A DNA stretch of 47,099 nt, from positions 1 to 47,099 of the forward strand of contig JAKAMI010000004.1 of assembly GCA_021812945.1 (NCBI GenBank), read 5' to 3'. The stretch is from a bacterium. Its GTDB lineage: Bacteria > Patescibacteriota > UBA1384 > XYA2-FULL-43-10 > JAKAMI01. The stretch's first letter is position 1; every line of letters begins with the position of its first letter. Made by a program: the position numbers and the translations under genes. Positions 17,051-27,120 of the stretch are shown here, piece by piece. The notes beneath the pieces are model-generated. The model worked only from the letters and a program-made list of their open reading frames with translations. It was not told the DNA's origin and did not search any database.

Positions 17051-18817
17051 ATGCTTAAACTTTTGCGTTTGTTCAAACCCTACCTCTTTCATTTCTTGGC
17101 GCTTTTAGCGCTGGTTTTTTTGACGGTTTATACTTCGCTGCAATTGCCGGACTACATGGCCAAGATAGTCAACGAGGGGATAGTGCTTAAAGATAACGGC
17201 CTGATATTGCGAACCGGCGGGACCATGCTCCTGATAGCCTTGGCCGGAGCCGTCGCTACGATCGGAGTAGGCTTCCTGGCTTCGAAAATCGCCACTGGCG
17301 TGTCCATGGATGCCCGAGCCAAACTGTTTGCCAGAGTCGAAAGTTTCTCTTTAACCGAGTTCAACAAATTTTCTACCGCCTCCCTGATCACCCGCTCCAC
17401 CAACGACGTTCAACAGATCCAGATGGTTTTAGTGATTCTACTTCGCATGGTTCTACAAGCGCCCCTAACCGGCGGCTGGGCCATCGTCAAAGCTTATGAT
17501 ATTGCTCCCTCAATGAGTTGGATTATGTATCTGGCCGTGGCTGTTTTGATCGGCATCATCATCGTTTTATTCTCGGTGGCTTTACCCAAATTTCAGCTGC
17601 TGCAAAAATTGGTCGACAAACTAAACTTAGTCACTCGTCAGAATCTAACGGGGCTTCGGGTCATTCGTGCCTTTAACAACGAAAAGATTGAGCAGGAAAA
17701 ATTTGAAAAAGCCAATGTCGATCTGACCAACACCAACTTATTTGTCAATCGGATCATGGTGGTAATGCAGCCGGTGATGATGTTGATGTTCAATCTGACG
17801 GCCATTACTATAGTCTGGGTCGGAGCTCATCTGATCGGCGACGGCAACCTGCTGATCGGTAACATGATCGCCTTTATGCAGTACTCGATGCAGGTGATTA
17901 TGGCTTTTCTCATGGTCTCAATCATTTTTATCATGATCCCTCGCGCTTCGGTTTCGGCCAAACGGGTGATGGAGGTTATCGAGACCGAACCGGCCATCAC
18001 GGATCCCAAAGAACCGAAACAATTTACAAACGGCGGAGGCCTGGTCGAGTTTAAAGATGTAACTTTTGCTTACCCGGGCGCCGATGATCCGGTACTTTGC
18101 AATATCAATTTCGAGGCCTGCCCGGGCCAAACTACCGCCATCATCGGCAGCACCGGCAGTGGCAAGTCAACTTTAATAAATCTGATCCCCCGTTTTTACG
18201 ATGTCTCCGGCGGCCAGGTGCTGGTTGACGGGATCGATGTTCGCGAGCTGAAACTCGAAGATCTTTACGCCAAGATCGGTTACGTGCCCCAGCGCGGCGT
18301 ACTTTTTTCAGGTACGGTTGAGAGCAATATCAAATACGGAGCGCCCGAAGCGTCCATAGACGAAACCCGAAAAGCGGCAAAAATTGCTCAAGCCGATGAA
18401 TTTATCACCCACCTGGAGGGAAAGTTTGAAGCCGGCATCGCCCAAGGCGGGGCCAATGTTTCCGGAGGCCAAAAACAGCGCCTGTCGATTGCCAGAGCCA
18501 TAGCCAGGAATCCGGAGATTTATATTTTTGACGATAGCTTCTCGGCTCTGGATTTCAAAACCGACGCCAACTTGCGCCGAGCCTTGTTATCCGAGACTAA
18601 AAATAAAACGGTCCTAATCGTAGCTCAGCGCATTTCCACTATCTTAAACGCCGACAAAATCGTCGTGCTTGATGAAGGCAGGATTGAAAGCATTGGTACC
18701 CATCAGGAATTAATGCGGTCATCCAAGGTCTATCAGGAAATTGCTTACTCCCAGCTTTCCGAAGAAGAATTAAAAGGTTATCAGATTAATTTGGATAAGG
18801 CGGATGCCAGTGCATAA
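17051..18817 (+). CDS. Heterodimeric ABC exporter, subunit A
   Basis: TM domain plus GSTGSGKST, VSGGQKQR, degenerate IFDDSFSALD and IVAQR. Confidence 0.94.
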   Translation: MLKLLRLFKPYLFHFLALLALVFLTVYTSLQLPDYMAKIVNEGIVLKDNGLILRTGGTMLLIALAGAVATIGVGFLASKIATGVSMDARAKLFARVESFSLTEFNKFSTASLITRSTNDVQQIQMVLVILLRMVLQAPLTGGWAIVKAYDIAPSMSWIMYLAVAVLIGIIIVLFSVALPKFQLLQKLVDKLNLVTRQNLTGLRVIRAFNNEKIEQEKFEKANVDLTNTNLFVNRIMVVMQPVMMLMFNLTAITIVWVGAHLIGDGNLLIGNMIAFMQYSMQVIMAFLMVSIIFIMIPRASVSAKRVMEVIETEPAITDPKEPKQFTNGGGLVEFKDVTFAYPGADDPVLCNINFEACPGQTTAIIGSTGSGKSTLINLIPRFYDVSGGQVLVDGIDVRELKLEDLYAKIGYVPQRGVLFSGTVESNIKYGAPEASIDETRKAAKIAQADEFITHLEGKFEAGIAQGGANVSGGQKQRLSIARAIARNPEIYIFDDSFSALDFKTDANLRRALLSETKNKTVLIVAQRISTILNADKIVVLDEGRIESIGTHQELMRSSKVYQEIAYSQLSEEELKGYQINLDKADASA

Positions 18818-18838
18818 CGTCATTTCCACCTCTCATAC

Positions 18839-18984
18839 TGTCATCCCCGCGAAGGCGGGGATCCACTAATAATTAATCGGGTAGATTCCCGCCTTCGCGA
18901 GAATGACGAAAAAAAGCGAGGGGATTCCGTGGCTAATAGGACGGACAACGGGATCCTTCGTTCGATGACTCGCTCAGGATGACA
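18839..18984. repeat. REP/RPE-like palindromic elements (GTCATYCY...RGRATGAC family)
   Basis: TGTCATCCCCGCGAAGGCGGGGATCC...GATTCCCGCCTTCGCGAGAATGAC, plus a half element at 18951-18984. Confidence 0.8.
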
Positions 18985-18993
18985 TATAATAAT

Positions 18994-21015
18994 ATGACTG
19001 AACAAGATAAACCACAAGTAAAAACGCCACCTCGCCAGGGCTCGATGGGCGGCGCCGGCCCAATGGGCGGGGGAGCCGTTCGCGGTTTGGTCGAGAAGCC
19101 AAAAAACTTCAAGGCGACCATGCGCGACCTTTTGAAATACATCGGTCGCTTCAAAAGATCGATTCTTTTGGTGCTGATATTTGCGGTTGCAAGTACGGTT
19201 TTTGCCATCCTCTCTCCGAGAATGCTGGGCAACATGACCAACCAGGTAGTCTCCGACTACATAAATATGAAGGCTTACGACGGCATCATCGGCAGTTTAC
19301 CCAAGGGAGTAACCCTGCCGCCCGGGACAACCGGCAAAGATCTGATCAACAAACTTCCGGCCGCCCAGGCGGCGCAAATACCGGCCGATAAACTAGACCA
19401 AATTAAAAATCTTGATTTGTCGCACCGGCCCAGCATTGATTTTGTCAAAATTCGCAACATCGCTTTCTGGCTTCTCGGACTGTATCTTCTAAGCGCTCTT
19501 TTTAGCTATATTCAAGGCTGGATCATGACCGGCGTGTCGCAGAAGATCACCTACCAGTTTCGCCGCGACATCTCCGAGAAAATCAACCGGATGCCGCTGG
19601 GCTACTTTGACAAAAGAACTTTCGGCGAAGTTCTAAGCCGCGTGACCAACGACGTCGATACGGTCAGCCAAACCCTAAACCAAGGATTGTCTCAAATCGT
19701 TACCTCGGTTACGATGATCCTGGGAATCCTCATCATGATGTTTACTATCAGCTGGAACTTGACGCTGGTGGCCGTTATCACCGTGCCGCTAAGCTTCATC
19801 CTCATCGCCCTAATCATCCGGAAGTCACAGCATTACTTCAAGGAACAGCAGGATACTCTGGGCCACATTAACGGCCACATCGAAGAAATGTATGCCGGCC
19901 ACAATGTGATGCGGGTAATGGGCGGAGAGAAACGCTCGGTTGCCAAATTTAAAAAAATCAACCGCCAACTTTACGGAAGCGCCTGGAAATCGCAGTTTTT
20001 GTCCGGCCTGATGATGCCGATAATGACCTTTATCGGCAACCTGGGATTTGTCGGAGTCACGGTTTTGGGTGGCTGGTTGGCCCTAAACGGTAAAATCCAG
20101 ATCGGCGATATCCAGGCCTTTATCCAATATGTCAACCAGTTCAATCAGCCGATAATGCAAACCGCCAACATTGCCAATGTGATGCAATCGACAGCCGCGG
20201 CGGCCGAAAGAGTCTTCGAGTTTCTATCGGAAGAAGAGGAGGAGCCGGATATAGCCGATGCCGCCAAAATCGAAGAGGTTAAAGGCGGAGTTGAGTTTGA
20301 AAATGTGGTTTTTGGCTACAACCCCGACCAAACCATTATCAAGGGTTTTAGCGCTCACATTCAGCCGGGTCAGAAAATTGCCATAGTCGGACCAACCGGC
20401 GCTGGTAAGACAACTATCGTTAATTTGTTAATGCGCTTTTACGATGTCAATTCCGGCGGCATCAAAATCGATGGTGTCGATACTCGGAAAATGAAGCGTG
20501 CCGACGTCCGAAAACTCTTCGGCATGGTATTGCAAGATACCTGGTTGTTCAATGGCACGGTGAGGGAAAACATCGGCTACGGCAAACTCGGGGCCAGCGA
20601 TGAGGAGATAATCGAGGCAGCCAAAGCGGCGCATGCCGATCACTTCATCCACGCCCACCCGATGGGTTATAAAATGGAATTAAACGAAGAGGCCGATAAT
20701 ATTTCACAGGGTGAAAAACAGCTTTTGACCATCGCCCGAGCCATGCTGGCTCAGACCCCTATGTTAATCTTAGATGAGGCCACCAGCTCGGTTGATACCC
20801 GCACCGAAATTTTGATTCAAAAAGCCATGGAAAATTTAATGAAAGGCAAAACCAGCTTTGTTATCGCCCACCGTCTCTCAACCATACGCGGAGCGGATCT
20901 GATTCTGGCGATGCGCGACGGCAACATTGTCGAGCAGGGAACCCACTTAGAGCTTATGGCTAAGCAGGGTTTCTACGCCTCGCTCTACAACAGCCAATTT
21001 GCCGCCCGAACATAA
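18994..21015 (+). CDS. Heterodimeric ABC exporter, subunit B
   Basis: GPTGAGKTT, ISQGEKQL, ILDEATSSVD, IAHRLST. Confidence 0.94.
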   Translation: MTEQDKPQVKTPPRQGSMGGAGPMGGGAVRGLVEKPKNFKATMRDLLKYIGRFKRSILLVLIFAVASTVFAILSPRMLGNMTNQVVSDYINMKAYDGIIGSLPKGVTLPPGTTGKDLINKLPAAQAAQIPADKLDQIKNLDLSHRPSIDFVKIRNIAFWLLGLYLLSALFSYIQGWIMTGVSQKITYQFRRDISEKINRMPLGYFDKRTFGEVLSRVTNDVDTVSQTLNQGLSQIVTSVTMILGILIMMFTISWNLTLVAVITVPLSFILIALIIRKSQHYFKEQQDTLGHINGHIEEMYAGHNVMRVMGGEKRSVAKFKKINRQLYGSAWKSQFLSGLMMPIMTFIGNLGFVGVTVLGGWLALNGKIQIGDIQAFIQYVNQFNQPIMQTANIANVMQSTAAAAERVFEFLSEEEEEPDIADAAKIEEVKGGVEFENVVFGYNPDQTIIKGFSAHIQPGQKIAIVGPTGAGKTTIVNLLMRFYDVNSGGIKIDGVDTRKMKRADVRKLFGMVLQDTWLFNGTVRENIGYGKLGASDEEIIEAAKAAHADHFIHAHPMGYKMELNEEADNISQGEKQLLTIARAMLAQTPMLILDEATSSVDTRTEILIQKAMENLMKGKTSFVIAHRLSTIRGADLILAMRDGNIVEQGTHLELMAKQGFYASLYNSQFAART

Positions 21016-21129
21016 AAAGGAAGCAGTGACCCCCACCCCACTTCGCTCTAAAGAGCTACGAGGGGGCAAGCTGATCTGCCGGCCGGCCGTAGCCTTGGCG
21101 AAGGCTGGTGGTGGTCACCCATCAATATT

Positions 21130-21567
21130 ATGACCCGCAACGATAAAATTGAAGAATTGACCCGCAATTTCGAATCGATCAAACGTCGGTTGGCTTCTGG
21201 ATTTTTACCTTTGATGGGCAAGATGGACATTACTCCGGCCCAGGGCCAACTTTTGCATATTATTAAGCATCACAAAAATTGCGGCGTGACTGAGATAGCC
21301 CAGTTTTTAAATATTTCCAAGAGCGCAGCCACCCAATTGGTTGAACCGTTGGTTGGGAGAGGGTATCTGGTGCGTCAAGTGGATGAATCTGACCGCCGGG
21401 CCTCAAAAATCAAAATCTCTACCAAAAGCCGCCTGAAAATGGAGCTTGTAAAGAAGCGTATAATGAAACGAGTGAGCAAGATATTCGAAGTTTTAAATAA
21501 TAATGATCTTGGAAAATTGGTCGAACTGAGCAGAAAATTGCTAGAAAATCCTGAGTCTAAGGACTAG
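21130..21567 (+). CDS. MarR-family transcriptional regulator
   Basis: ITPAQ, ISKSAATQLVEPLVGRGYLVR, DESDRR wing motif. Confidence 0.9.
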   Translation: MTRNDKIEELTRNFESIKRRLASGFLPLMGKMDITPAQGQLLHIIKHHKNCGVTEIAQFLNISKSAATQLVEPLVGRGYLVRQVDESDRRASKIKISTKSRLKMELVKKRIMKRVSKIFEVLNNNDLGKLVELSRKLLENPESKD

Positions 21568-21618
21568 TTGCATCTATCCAAACTGACAAGCCCCCCGACT
21601 TGTCGGAGGGCACGGCTG

Positions 21619-21780
21619 TCACTCGGCTTGGAAGTCGGAATCACTGTCGACCCCATGGGATCGAGCCGGTCCGCGTCTTCTTGCCTCCTGTTCTCTCAGG
21701 CGCTTGTCTCTGCACTCATCACACTCGATTACGACGAGATCGGTATCAGCCCAGACGCACTTCTGGCATCGTGGTGGCAT
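21619..21780 (-). CDS. 53-aa CxxC-CxxC small protein (MPPRCQKCVWADTDLVVIECDECRDKRLREQEARRRGPARSHGVDSDSDFQAE)
   Basis: AAGGAG RBS, TTGACA-16-TATAGT promoter, downstream hairpin at about 21590-21611; absent from the ORF track. Confidence 0.6.
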   Translation of the reverse strand: MPPRCQKCVWADTDLVVIECDECRDKRLREQEARRRGPARSHGVDSDSDFQAE

Positions 21781-21904
21781 CGGAAGCTCCTTTGTTGTGA
21801 GTGGTCGTTAGCGAAAACTAATTAAAACTATACTATCAAGTTTTTTCATGTCAAGTTCGTGTAGATCCGACACACAAAAAGATCAACAATGATATAATAA
21901 AGCT

Positions 21905-22795
21905 ATGGAAACGTGGTCGGTCAAGAATAAAGTGGCTATGGTAACCGGAGGGACCTCCGGTATGGGTCTGGAGACTTGTAGGGCGCTGGCCAAAGCTGGT
22001 GCGGATCTTATAATAGTAGGACGCAACCAGCAGAAGTGCCGAAAAACTATTGATGATCTTAGGGTTGAAACCGGAAACCAGAAAATAAACTATCTAATTG
22101 CCGACTTATCTGAGATGGAATCCGTCCGGAAGATGGCCAAAGAGTTTCATACTAAGTATGACAAACTCCAGTTGCTGGTAAACAACGCTGGCGGGTTTTT
22201 CTTGAAGCGCGAGCTGACAACCGAAGGTTTGGAAAAGACTTTTGCCCTCAACCATCTTGGGCATTTTTTGTTGACCAATTTACTGCTCGACATCATTGAA
22301 AAGAGCACTCCGGTCCGCATTATCAACGTCTCGTCCTGGGAGCATTTCCGCGCCAGATACGACAGAGAGAATCTCCAAGGCGAGAAAGATTATGCCGGTT
22401 GGGATGCCTACAATCGATCCAAATTATACAATATTCTCTTTACCTACGAATTGGCTCGGCGTCTCAAAGATCCGAAGATTACCGTCAACACCGTTCACCC
22501 GGGCTGGGTCAAGACCTCCATCGGCAAGAATAACGGGATCCTAGCCAAAACTGTTTTGCCCTTGATGCAACTTAAGGCAATCCCTGTTGATGAGGGAGCT
22601 AAACCTTGTATTTATTTATGCACTTCGCCCGATGTTGCGGGCGTCTCGGGCAAATATTTCGATAAAATGGTCTGTTCGCCCTCCTCCGATGAATCTTGCA
22701 ACGCCGAAAATGCTCGCGATCTCTGGCAAATCAGCGAAAAATTATGCAAATTACAACCGGCGATGTCACCTCGTAGGTGGCAGTATGCCGGTTAA
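21905..22795 (+). CDS. Short-chain dehydrogenase/reductase (retinol-DH/WWOX-like)
   Basis: TGGTSGMG, NNAG, NHLGHFLLT, YNRSK, HPGWVKT. Confidence 0.92.
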   Translation: METWSVKNKVAMVTGGTSGMGLETCRALAKAGADLIIVGRNQQKCRKTIDDLRVETGNQKINYLIADLSEMESVRKMAKEFHTKYDKLQLLVNNAGGFFLKRELTTEGLEKTFALNHLGHFLLTNLLLDIIEKSTPVRIINVSSWEHFRARYDRENLQGEKDYAGWDAYNRSKLYNILFTYELARRLKDPKITVNTVHPGWVKTSIGKNNGILAKTVLPLMQLKAIPVDEGAKPCIYLCTSPDVAGVSGKYFDKMVCSPSSDESCNAENARDLWQISEKLCKLQPAMSPRRWQYAG

Positions 22796-22849
22796 TCTAT
22801 TCTGATTTTTGTTTCATTTTTAGCCCTAAGCCACCATATTTGACTGGTT

Positions 22850-24049
22850 ATGAACGAATTACTTACCAATATCGGCAAACCAACCTCGATCTGGCTGGAT
22901 ACCACGCCGGAAACCGATTATCCGGAGCTGGCTGCTGATCTTGAAGTTGACATCGCAATTGTCGGCGGGGGAATCGCCGGGCTGCTTACCGCGTATTACC
23001 TGCAAAAATCAAGCCACAAAGTTGCAATCTTGGAAGCGGATCGGATAGTCAAGGGCACGACCGGTTTTACCACGGCCAAGATCACCTCCGGTCACGGACT
23101 GAAATATCAGACATTAGTAAAAAAACTGGGGCAAGGCAAAGCGCAAATCTATGCTTTAGCCAACCAGCAGGCGGTCGAGGGCTGGGCTGCTCTCGTCGAA
23201 GAGTTAAAAATCGATTGCGACTTTGTACGCCAGCCCGCTTACTCTTATGCCGCCGGTAAAGATTGGACCGATATTGTCAAGAAAGAAGTTGAGGCGGCCA
23301 AGAGCCTAGGTCTACCGGTCGGTTTTGTCGAAAGAGCCCCGGTATCATTTAAAAATTACGGTGCGATAAAATACGAAAATCAGGCGCAGTTTCACCCGCG
23401 AAAGTTTCTTTTGGCTTTATCAAAAATTATGATCGACCGAGGTGGATTAATCTTTGAAAACTCAGCGGTCGGCGAGGTTTTAGAGAATCAGAAAAGATTG
23501 GTGACGAAGAACGGAAGTATTAAGGCGAAAAAAATCATTATTGCCACCAATTATCCCATTTTTGATCCCGCAGATATTTTTAAAGAATTAAAGGCTCATC
23601 AATCCTACACTTTGGGGGTCACTATCGGCGGAAAAATGGCCGAGGGGATGTTCATTGGTTTTGAAGAAAAAAACTTTCACTCTTTCCGTTCCCAAGCTTG
23701 GAGAAAGGGGAAAGAAATCTTGCTGGTCGGCGGTGAAGCGGTCTTGGACGACGATCTATTATCAACGGATGAGCATTACGCGAGACTGGCAAAGTGGGCC
23801 AGAGAACATTTCGATATTAAGTCAATAGAATATCACTGGACCACCAGCGACTCGGAAACTCCGGACGAAGTGCCGGTGATCGGCCGGTTGATCCCCGAGA
23901 GCGACGACTTTTTCGTTGTCACCGGCTTTGTCGGCTGGGGGATGACCCATTCCTGGGTCGCGGCTCAAATATTAAACAGTGAAATATTGGGCCGGCCGCA
24001 TCCTTGGAGCCGGCTTTACTCGGCGGAGAGAATCAAAAAGCATGACTAA
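22850..24049 (+). CDS. FAD-dependent oxidoreductase (DAO family, YhfW N-terminal-like)
   Basis: VGGGIAG, GTTGFTTAKIT, QAQFHP, TGFVGWGMT. Confidence 0.88.
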   Translation: MNELLTNIGKPTSIWLDTTPETDYPELAADLEVDIAIVGGGIAGLLTAYYLQKSSHKVAILEADRIVKGTTGFTTAKITSGHGLKYQTLVKKLGQGKAQIYALANQQAVEGWAALVEELKIDCDFVRQPAYSYAAGKDWTDIVKKEVEAAKSLGLPVGFVERAPVSFKNYGAIKYENQAQFHPRKFLLALSKIMIDRGGLIFENSAVGEVLENQKRLVTKNGSIKAKKIIIATNYPIFDPADIFKELKAHQSYTLGVTIGGKMAEGMFIGFEEKNFHSFRSQAWRKGKEILLVGGEAVLDDDLLSTDEHYARLAKWAREHFDIKSIEYHWTTSDSETPDEVPVIGRLIPESDDFFVVTGFVGWGMTHSWVAAQILNSEILGRPHPWSRLYSAERIKKHD

Positions 24050-24060
24050 TATTATTATCA

Positions 24061-24129
24061 TGTCATCCTGAACATGGTTCAGGATCCTACTCTTCGAAAT
24101 AGAGATCCCGAAACGAGTTCGGGATGACA
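24061..24129. repeat. REP/RPE-like palindromic element
   Basis: TGTCATCCTGAAC..GTTCAGGATCC...GATCCCGAAACGAGTTCGGGATGACA. Confidence 0.8.
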
Positions 24130-24185
24130 AGAAGAATAGGCGAATGATAAAAAGGGGCTAAATATTTTATTAAGAGGAGATCAAA

Positions 24186-24455
24186 ATGTCAGAGATTGAA
24201 CCATGGAAAAACGGCCAAGCCGGAGTTGTCATCATCGACCACAAAAAAACCGCCGTGTATAAGGACGAGGCGGGACAGGTTCATGCCGTTTCAGCCATCT
24301 GTACGCACATGGGCTGCACCATCGGCTGGAACGCAGACGAGCGAACTTGGGATTGCCCCTGCCACGGGTCCCGTTATAGCATCGAGGGCAAGGTGCTTCG
24401 CGGCCCGGCCAAAAAAGACCTGGAACGGGTCGAGATTGATTATCTTAAAAAATAG
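24186..24455 (+). CDS. Rieske [2Fe-2S] domain protein (YhfW C-terminal-like)
   Basis: CTHMGC and WDCPCHGSRY; GAGGAG RBS. Confidence 0.92.
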   Translation: MSEIEPWKNGQAGVVIIDHKKTAVYKDEAGQVHAVSAICTHMGCTIGWNADERTWDCPCHGSRYSIEGKVLRGPAKKDLERVEIDYLKK

Positions 24456-24649
24456 AGCTCAAAGCCGTAAAATCCGTGGATCAATACCACTATCAAAAGA
24501 GCGATCCAAACAACCCTGGTGTGAACCCAAAAAGGCAATTTTAGGATGCGGGTTCCGATACTGATCTGAAGAAGCAACAAAAAAAGCGCCAGAAATCCGA
24601 GCCAGATGTTGAGTGGCTTATTGAAAATTATCGGGTCTGGCAGAATCAT
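24440..24649 (-). CDS. Small two-TM membrane protein with His residues
   Basis: Two hydrophobic helices, VHTR and IHGFYG; directly downstream of the cupredoxin gene. Confidence 0.65.
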   Translation of the reverse strand: MILPDPIIFNKPLNIWLGFLALFLLLLQISIGTRILKLPFWVHTRVVWIALLIVVLIHGFYGFELYFLR

Positions 24650-24669
24650 ATTATTGGTTTGGATTAAGA

Positions 24670-25044
24670 CTATCGGATGGTTATGGTGCCCTTCATGCTG
24701 GGATGGATTCTACAGTGATAGCTGTATGTCCCGGGTTCGGTGATTGTGATGGTGGCGGTTTGTCCGGCGCTGACGGCTTGGTCGAACTTGCCGTTGTCCG
24801 CAGTCACGGTGTGGTTCGCGCCATCGTTGTTAGTGAAGGTGATGGGAGTGCCCGCATTGATCGCAATATTGTTCGGATTGAAAGCAAAGTTGCTGATGGT
24901 CACGGAATTGGTCTCTGCCGGAGCTTGAGTCGAGCTTTTGGAATTACCGGACGAATTACTCGAACCGCCATAACCGCCTTTGATCAGAAAATAACCGGCT
25001 ACGGCCAACACGGCCACTATCACGACAATTATTATAGTTTTCAT
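24670..25044 (-). CDS. Cupredoxin / plastocyanin-like protein
   Basis: N-terminal anchor, FAFNP, NHTVT, YHCRIHPSMKG (His/Cys/His/Met type-1 Cu ligands). Confidence 0.9.
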   Translation of the reverse strand: MKTIIIVVIVAVLAVAGYFLIKGGYGGSSNSSGNSKSSTQAPAETNSVTISNFAFNPNNIAINAGTPITFTNNDGANHTVTADNGKFDQAVSAGQTATITITEPGTYSYHCRIHPSMKGTITIR

Positions 25045-25108
25045 CTTCGCACCTATTTAATGATTACTACAACCATAGCAGAAAAGGCGATTAAGCAAAA
25101 ATTAGGAT

Positions 25109-25624
25109 TTATATTTCGATCCAATAACGTTTTTTGTTAGGCAGATTATTGCTCTGGACAAAAATATTTTCCAAGACGCCGCCGTTTTTTTCAATGATTT
25201 TGGCCGAGCCGATGTTTTCTTCATCGCAAGTAATCAAAACCCGGCTGAGTCCAAGTTTTTTAGCTTCTATGAGCGCCAACTTCAGGATCAAGGTTCCATA
25301 GCCCTTACGACGCTCGCTTGGTCTGATATGGTAACCGATGTGCCCGCCAACATCTAGAAGGTTTTGATTTAAGCGATGGCGGATATTGGTGGTGCCGAGA
25401 TATTTGTCTTTCTCAACCAGCCAAAAATCACTGGCAGGGACAAAGCCTTCGGGTAAGTTTCGACCAAGTTCATGGTCGGTACGCTCGTTTAAATAGGCCT
25501 CGAAACCAGCTGCATCCACTTCGGGAAGATGCTGGTATTTGTAAGTCTTATCGTCTATAAATTCACGACGCGCTTCAAGAAAAGATTCTTTATACTTAGC
25601 TGAGGGTTTAGCTAGTTGCGGCAA
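25109..25624 (-). CDS. GNAT-family acetyltransferase
   Basis: GHIGYHIRPSERRKGYG, TCDEENIGSAKIIEKNGG. Confidence 0.9.
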   Translation of the reverse strand: MPQLAKPSAKYKESFLEARREFIDDKTYKYQHLPEVDAAGFEAYLNERTDHELGRNLPEGFVPASDFWLVEKDKYLGTTNIRHRLNQNLLDVGGHIGYHIRPSERRKGYGTLILKLALIEAKKLGLSRVLITCDEENIGSAKIIEKNGGVLENIFVQSNNLPNKKRYWIEI

Positions 25625-25674
25625 GAAATTTCCTTTGGAGGTAAATAATTAATAATAATGAAACCGAAGGGCGG

Positions 25675-25995
25675 TCAGCCGTCTTTTCTGTCGTCTAAAA
25701 AGTTGACCGCAGCCTCGATAAAATACGCCAGAAAAGCATAAACTATCAGGGCAAAAATGGCCGAGAATTCGACGACAAAGTAACCGTCGAGGACCGGAGC
25801 CGGAAAGATGCCGGCAAACGGGGAAAGCAGGGGCTTGGTGGTTTCGTAAACCCAAGTGACAAACGAAGCTTGAGTGCTGGCACCAAAGAGTTTCAAAATG
25901 ATCCGGAGTCCGATGAGTGTCTCGACAAAACCCAAGGCGAGGTTAGTGATGAATAGTAAATACTGAGCGATGCTTGGCAGTTTAAGACTTTTCAT
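25675..25995 (-). CDS. YggT-family membrane protein
   Basis: LRIILKLFGA...YETTKPLLSPFAGIF. Confidence 0.8.
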   Translation of the reverse strand: MKSLKLPSIAQYLLFITNLALGFVETLIGLRIILKLFGASTQASFVTWVYETTKPLLSPFAGIFPAPVLDGYFVVEFSAIFALIVYAFLAYFIEAAVNFLDDRKDG

Positions 25996-26130
25996 AATAT
26001 TCCTTTCATCCTAAACTTAACATTTTTTTCGATTGTGTCAAGTAGTGCAGGCTCGGAAAGCGGGAACCGGACCGAACCGCTACCCCTTTGTATTTTAACG
26101 GTTTCGGTCCGGATTTTCTCATCGTTTCGG

Positions 26131-26328
26131 TTAGATTCCGGCCCGGTGGAGAAGATTGAGGAAAAGGCCGATGGAAAGCAGGGTGAGCGCAAACCAGATA
26201 GCGAGTCCTACCGGTGAGCCCCATTCATCCCATCTATGCCTTCGCGGTTTCCACCAGACGTCCGGAGTTTCCAAGAGCTTCTTTTGCGTGGCTTCGTCAA
26301 AAGCCTCTTTGAACTCTTTTTTGTCCAT
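26131..26328 (-). CDS. Small hypothetical membrane protein
   Basis: 65-aa ORF with C-terminal TM; WGSPVGL motif. Confidence 0.55.
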   Translation of the reverse strand: MDKKEFKEAFDEATQKKLLETPDVWWKPRRHRWDEWGSPVGLAIWFALTLLSIGLFLNLLHRAGI

Positions 26329-26532
26329 AGTTATTCCGTGAAGTTAGGTTAATAAAACCATCCAATTCGACTCCGCCATCCGGCGGATTGGACAGTTTGG
26401 GGCCCTTGATTTTCGGTTGGACTCTTGTATTTGTCCCAAGGGTAGGACAAGAGTGTCTAAACCAACAATTTAAAATATAATGGATTTTTTCCCAAGTGTA
26501 AATGGTTTTTCGACCAAAGTCTTTTTGAACGT

Positions 26533-27120
26533 CTATAACAACTTTTTATAAACATAAACGGAGGCTAACCAGACTATTGGCGTAGCGACAAAAATGCCGA
26601 CACCCAGACAAATCACGCCCAAAATAAATACTCCAAAAGAAACGATCCCGAAGCCCAAAAGAGCCATTTTTACTCCGGAAGTCATCTTGGCGCTTTGTCT
26701 CATTGCTTCCATAACGCCCATATCCTTATCGACAATCAAGTTGATCGTCATACTGTACTTCAGCGCCCAGTAGATTCCGGGGATTATTAGTAAAATAAAA
26801 CCGGCAGCAACGATCAGACCTACCAAAATTGACCCGCCGGCTATCGACCAAATGTATTTGGACTGGCTAAAAAGTTTTCTAAGCGGCAATTTCTTCTCGT
26901 CATGGTCGTAGTAGTTAAATAAAATTTTTAGGTATCCGGCAATCAGCCAGGCCGAGACGAATATTCCAACCAGCCCTAGCGCCGGATTGATCTCGCTGCT
27001 GAAGATACTTTTTATTCCGATCACTAAAATGGCCAAAACCACAAAGTACCAGAAATTTTTCTTGATCCCTTGCCAGCCGTAGCCAAACGCCTTCCCGATC
27101 TCCACTCTTTTTGTTGCCAT
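26533..27120 (-). CDS. Integral membrane protein (DUF975-like)
   Basis: GFILLIIPGIYW, MEAMRQSAKMTSG; AAGGAG RBS. Confidence 0.75.
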   Translation of the reverse strand: MATKRVEIGKAFGYGWQGIKKNFWYFVVLAILVIGIKSIFSSEINPALGLVGIFVSAWLIAGYLKILFNYYDHDEKKLPLRKLFSQSKYIWSIAGGSILVGLIVAAGFILLIIPGIYWALKYSMTINLIVDKDMGVMEAMRQSAKMTSGVKMALLGFGIVSFGVFILGVICLGVGIFVATPIVWLASVYVYKKLL

